Assembly: GCA_040954595.2 (NCBI GenBank)
Contig: CM082583.2
Coordinates: 6,198,849 to 6,262,848 of the forward strand
Direction: 5' to 3'
DNA from: Balanoglossus misakiensis
Taxonomy: Eukaryota > Animalia > Hemichordata
Length of the DNA stretch: 64,000 bases
Part shown: in pieces, positions 59,001-64,000 of the stretch
Layout: each line of letters starts with the position of its first letter
How positions within the stretch are numbered: the stretch's first letter is position 1
The notes under the pieces: model-generated
Database searches by the model: none
What the model saw: only the letters and a program-made list of their open reading frames with translations
What the model was told of the DNA's origin: nothing
Program-made: the position numbers and the translations under genes

Positions 59001-61544
59001 AGCCGGCGTCATTGATCTGACGTCCCTCGGAAAATTCGAAATTCGTGGAAAGGATGCCCACAAACTGTTAGACCACCTATGCGCTTGCGATCTTCCAGAG
59101 GTTAGAAATGCCATGTATTCATCAAAATGTTTGATAGTAATTTAATCCAATGCATTGTCAAATTATAAGTCTAACGAAAACACGAATTCAAATCGACGGT
59201 GAAGTACATGATGTGCGGTGTTAATTTTACACGTTTTTACAATTAATTCCAATCGTAACGTCACAACTGCATTCATCGTCTTTTCAGGTCGGAGAGTGCA
59301 AAGTGGCGTATATGTTGACTCCCAGTGGTCGAATCTTCTCCGAGCTGGCTGTCTGTAAAGTGGCAGACGATCATTTCTTCTGTGTCAACAGTGCTGACGC
59401 TGAACTCCGGGATATGAGGTACCATAAAATATATTTTCTTGCAAGTCACTTGTGACACACGTTCAAGTCACGGCCCAGAGTACCGGTAACATGTTCTTCT
59501 GTCAATAAAATTGTTGGAGTAAACATACCACATACTGTTTTTTTTTCTGCATCCTGGTGATTCCTGTAGATGGATTGAGGAGCAAGTATTCCAGGGAAAC
59601 TTTGATGTGGAGATCACCAACATCACCGATGACAGAGCCTGTCTTGGTCTTGCTGGACCAAAGTCCAGAGAAATTCTACAGCAGCTGACGACCACAGATC
59701 TGAGTGATGCCACTTTCTCACCGATGAGAACGAAGAGTTTGACGGTTGATGGCATCGAGGTGTTTGCAGTCAGAGCTTCTTCCACAGGTAATGTGTATTA
59801 TAAACACTGGCGTCTGTAATGAAACATCCGACGCTTGTGGGCGCTGCACCTTCACTTCCAGGAGTATCAGTATCGAACGTTGCACTATAGTATTATTATT
59901 GTGGAAGGACTGTATTTCCTGTCTAAACACTGTCTTTTGGTAGTGAAAAAAAGTTCTCAGCAACCAATCTTCAAAGCACGTCGATTTTCATAAAAGAGCA
60001 TATTGAGCAAGTTAATTAATATATCTCAAATTATTTTGCATTTTTTGAAAATGTCGTTCAGTACTGACGTCTTTTTAAAAAATCCAGGTGAACTTGGCTA
60101 CGAGCTGTACCACAACAGAGAGGACACTGGGAAACTGTACGAAGCTCTCTTATCGGCTGGCGATGGATATGGCATAGGAGACTTTGGCAGTTACGCCGCG
60201 AATGCCCTGAGATTGGAGAAAGGATATCGCGCTTGGGGCAGAGAAGTAAGGCCTCCTGAGGGAGTGTTCAGTCTTTATGTGGGTGGGGGTCTGAAGACTT
60301 TAGGGGTATACATATGAACGCCCCCCCCCTTTTCAGGTGTGGCCAAAATATCGGTAAACCCTGGTTCTTGTACATGTGAAGTTAGCATATTATTTAGTGG
60401 TCCGTCATACATATGCACATGTGAACACGTTGCCGACATAATAATTTCTGGTACGCACTGCCAATTGACCCATCCAAGTATTTGCAATCTTACCGATGGG
60501 GACAATGTGCACGTTCGGAACAAAATCAATACTAGTAGTACCTTCCAATAAGCAGCATTGATAGATAAACAAACGTTGTCAACGGCCAGAACTCCAACGT
60601 GAGTGTATTCATCTTTTGACAGCTGACCGTAGATTACAATCCATTCGAAGCCGGACTAGAAGATTTTATGGCACCTGACAAGGTCAGTTTAGAATGAATG
60701 AATGAATGAATGAATGAATGAATGAATGAATGAATGAATGAATGAATGAATGAATGAATGAATGAATGAATGAATGAATGAATGAATGGCCCTTTCTTGC
60801 GCGCACAAATCTTTGCCAATTCAAACATGAAGTATCTCATAATCCCTGGTCGACAAAATACCGACCTTTCTAATATTCGTTCGCATAGTCACAATCAGAC
60901 GCAACCAACGTGTCTCTGTGATGTCATCTATTTTGAAGGAGGCGAATTTTATTGGAAAACAAGCCCTATCAAAGTTGCAAGAAAACTTAACTCGGAAATT
61001 GGTGCTGTTGTCTGTTGACTGTTCCAAGGATAACATTGACCCAATTATGTACGAGTCTGTCTGGTGTGATGGCCAGGTATGTATACTGATTCTTACTCAT
61101 GTGCTTTGAATTCGGGTATTCAGGAGAAGCCATTTTCGCCGTGCATGAGCATCACTGGTTACCATGGTCACCAATAGAACACCTCTCAGCTCATTTGACA
61201 AAGATTTTAAATAAAACCATACAAACTGCAATGGCTTCTAGCGTCATATCATCGCTGAAAACACACTTCACTCTAACGCCGAGAATGAGAGATGGTGAGG
61301 GGAGTGAAGGAGATGACTTATCTATTTACCGTGCGCGTAATACGCATCTTACCTATATACTTTGCAGGTTGTTGGTACCACAACGTCTGGCGGTTACAGT
61401 TACAACACAAACCAAAGCATCGCCTACGCGTACCTGCCCATGGCTTTAACATCAATCGGATCCAAGGTTCAGCTGGAACTGATGGGCAACCATTACAACG
61501 CTACTGTCATAGCAGAACCACTCATACAAAGTGATGGAGTTTGA
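54010..61544 (+). CDS. Dimethylglycine dehydrogenase-like paralogue (divergent tandem duplicate, intact ORF)
   Basis: 15 exons matching DMGDH intron positions: 54010-54125, 55796-55964, 56162-56260, 56563-56733, 56922-57126, 57491-57736, 57868-58066, 58325-58599, 58883-59100, 59288-59418, 59570-59787, 60088-60245, 60623-60682, 60939-61076, 61368-61544 (TGA). VGGGALG, GSTWHA|AG, EHQY, SYYIRQE and LRLEKG retained; no frameshift or internal stop found on manual reading. Confidence 0.9.
54727..55532. repeat. Long inverted repeat (foldback/MITE-like), arms about 330-350 bp around a 127 bp spacer, in intron 1 of the DMGDH paralogue
   Basis: 54988-55078 is the reverse complement of 55206-55296 with one mismatch; looser pairing continues out to about 54727 and 55532. 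Confidence 0.92.
55981..56060. repeat. (CAT)n microsatellite
   Basis: Directly visible, intron 2 of the DMGDH paralogue. Confidence 0.96.
57841..57865. repeat. (TTC)n microsatellite forming the polypyrimidine tract of the exon 7 acceptor
   Basis: ttcttc...cttctag|GATTTGGT. Confidence 0.85.
60692..60788. repeat. (GAAT)n microsatellite
   Basis: About 24 perfect units just after the exon 13 donor. Confidence 0.97.
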
Positions 61545-63026
61545 ACCGTGGTCACATCACAGCAGAACAGTATGGGGGGATACTAAATTCGTTCAGCAAC
61601 TGTTTTCTCTACCAGACAGACTTGCTCTTTTCCAACGTGTACAATATTGTTATCTAGGGTACTAGTGGATTCTTCTTGAAGTTTTTACCCCCTGAATGGT
61701 AAGAGTAGCCAGATCAAGATACCAAATCTCAATGAGTCAACAGATGCATGACGCCACCAAGCGCTCATATCACTAGTGTTCTCGCCGTTCGTTTATACAT
61801 GTCGCTTAATCTGATATGAGATGCCTGCGTTGGTGCGGATATAATTTTATAGGTCGCCGTACACAATTTTCAAGCGGTGACTTGGGAAGAATACAATATT
61901 ATTGCAGTAAAATTGTTTAAATACCCGATAATAACTGGCAATTGTTACAGATAATTTTGTGCCTTGCGTTCCAAAAAAATGGCCTCCTGGATCTGATCGC
62001 GTAAGCTACGTTCAGGAATTCGGCGAATGTTGGTCGACCTGGTTCATAAAGAGTTTCACCAGGTCATGGTCATGTCACTCCACACTTTGCTAGACCAGCA
62101 TCCTGCGCGAGCTGCGAGTTCACCGTGACATCGATCTGCCCCCCCCCCCCCGTTGAATTTGATATTCGATGACGTCTGCTTTTCAAAATTTCTAAATCTC
62201 CACAAAATGTAAAGCTTGTTTTTGTTTTAAATTGTTCTCTTTAAGTTTTATCAGCACACACGGCAAATTCACGACACATCAAACCACGGTCACTCTAACC
62301 GTGATCAAACGTCCCCACTTTCGACCTTGTTTACCACTTTCGACCTTGTTACATATCAATAAGATCGCGGTTTCGAGTCAAGCGAGTCCTTGACCAGGAA
62401 TGTACCACAGTCTCAGCTCTGTGCCTCGACTAGCAGAATACACTATATACGCACTGGCACCACCGATTCTTTTTTACCCGATACAGCTTCTGGAATTACG
62501 CAAACTACGTGTCACGTGAGTCTGTTATTATCAAGGATAAATTTGCACACAATGCTGTCAACTGCACAATGAGCAAAACAACAAATGTTCAGAATAACTG
62601 CGTATATAGAGAAAGCGATCTGTGTTGCCCATGACAAATATCTAAAATCTGGCGTCAGAATTCAGTACGTGGTAATTCTGGTTAGAGTTCATATAAACAC
62701 TGAGTGTGGCTGTATGAATATAGCTGTGCGTGTGTTCTATCAGCAAGTCTATTGGCAGACATCCAGATCCAACCGGAATCAATAATTCCAATGCTACTTT
62801 ATGGTCTCTAGGTCATATCACAATATCTACGGCAGATGTAAACACGAACTCATTTACATAAGGTATATTCAAATTAGGTAGGAGGTCTTTTCAGGCTATT
62901 GTATGTATATTACAGTTGCAGTGACATTTAATAATATTCGCCCTGCGTCGCCAGAGCAGGAATAGTCGGCGGGAATATTTTTTCCCCCGTTTTCGATGAC
63001 GGCTAGACTTTAACGTTTGTGGAACC

Positions 63027-63193
63027 ATGGCGTTTATGAGAAGGGGGAGCGTCTTCTTGAAAAGACGGCTCGGCTGCGAAGGATGGTTAGTGAAAAACCG
63101 TGAGGCTGCACATCCAAGCGCTACTACGCAGTTACCAATGCATTGGGCCTGCGCTGGTATTTACAACGCTACCTACTGTCAGCAATCACAAAG
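63027..63193 (+). CDS. Probable first coding exon (mitochondrial transit peptide) of a third DMGDH-like tandem gene continuing beyond the window
   Basis: accATGG start; MAFMRRGSVFLKRRLGCEGWLVKNREAAHPSATTQLPMHWACAGIYNATYCQQSQ; phase-2 donor TCACAAAG|gtaggt, same phase as exon 1 of both DMGDH genes (TCACAAAA|gtaag, GCCAAAAG|gttag); GCEGWLV resembles GCQTWMV of paralogue 2. Too short for the ORF track. Confidence 0.6.
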
Positions 63194-64000
63194 GTAGGTG
63201 GTTTGGAAAGGAAAACACTTTTTTTCATTGGAAAAACGTAACTGTAAATCTGCCATTGAAAATATCTACGTTATAATTATAGTTATTGTGTACATACAAA
63301 AGTGATCAAAAATGTTATTTTCAATGATATGCAAATTAGATATATTATTCCCGTTGAAAGTGCCTTACAATGGAAATTTCGGTTTTTGTATTATAATTTC
63401 ATTTTGCCATCACGATAAATATTCATTTTGCCATCACGATCATTACTTTTAAAAATTGCATACATGTATCACGTATGTCACGTACCCGTCGTGACCGCGA
63501 TATTTATTTCTATCCAGTTTCACAGTAAAGAAGCTTGTGGACTAGTCAGGTTTTCGTAAAAAAAGTAATTTGGATAGTAATTTTCGTGAGTACATACATG
63601 CAGATTTAGTCTTAAACAACTACTTTTCTGCTAGTAAACATTGGACGCTATGAGCTATTGTTATTGTTATTAAAGAGACGATCAGCTGTGGATGAACTGA
63701 CCCAACATGACCTCGACCCACTTTGCATAACAATCGCTATATCGATCTGCTAAAGACCCTTTCAGGGTTACTCAATCATGCAAGGTTGCGTCATCGCTAT
63801 CGCACCACTCGCTCAAGTGAAAACCAAGACGCCGCGATTAAATTTTCGTCAAATCATTAAATGATAACAATGACCTCTATGTGATATCAAAGCTCCGTGA
63901 CTTCTGCACATTTTCTGTGCGTCACAGAATTTAGTTTTGCGCAGTGCTGATGATAGTACTGTACGCGGTTAATATTTTAATAAATAAACCTAGCCTTAAA

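Noticed and set aside
54010-61544. Calling the second flavoprotein SARDH or a pseudogene
   Set aside because: It has the DMGDH-type GSTWHAAG motif and the same intron positions as the neighbouring DMGDH; all exons read in frame with canonical splice sites.
62328-63441. Short tandem duplications (cactttcgaccttgtt x2 at about 62317-62352; ttcattttgccatcacgat x2 at about 63398-63440) as CRISPR-like repeats
   Set aside because: Only two adjacent copies each, no spacers, eukaryotic context; simple slippage duplications.

Overview
Eukaryotic, intron-rich animal DNA; gene content suggests an invertebrate deuterostome such as a hemichordate or echinoderm (inference, not verified). Genes in order: (1) an intronless somatostatin/allatostatin-C-type GPCR (+); (2-3) two tandem 23-exon, single-domain, membrane-anchored GH31 alpha-glucosidases of the maltase-glucoamylase/sucrase-isomaltase family (+), both with signatures of the vertebrate C-terminal subunit; (4) BHMT (-), 8 coding exons, with a probable alternative first exon; (5) DMGDH (+), head-to-head with BHMT across 612 bp; (6) an intact but divergent DMGDH paralogue with altered substrate- and folate-site motifs and apparent gene-conversion tracts; (7) the probable first exon of a third DMGDH-like gene at the right edge. 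Also present: TTAA-ended MITEs, an L2 LINE 3' fragment, an ~800 bp intronic foldback palindrome and many microsatellites. Exon coordinates were read by hand from GT-AG boundaries and reading-frame continuity. Comparisons with human proteins are from recalled sequences, not database searches.
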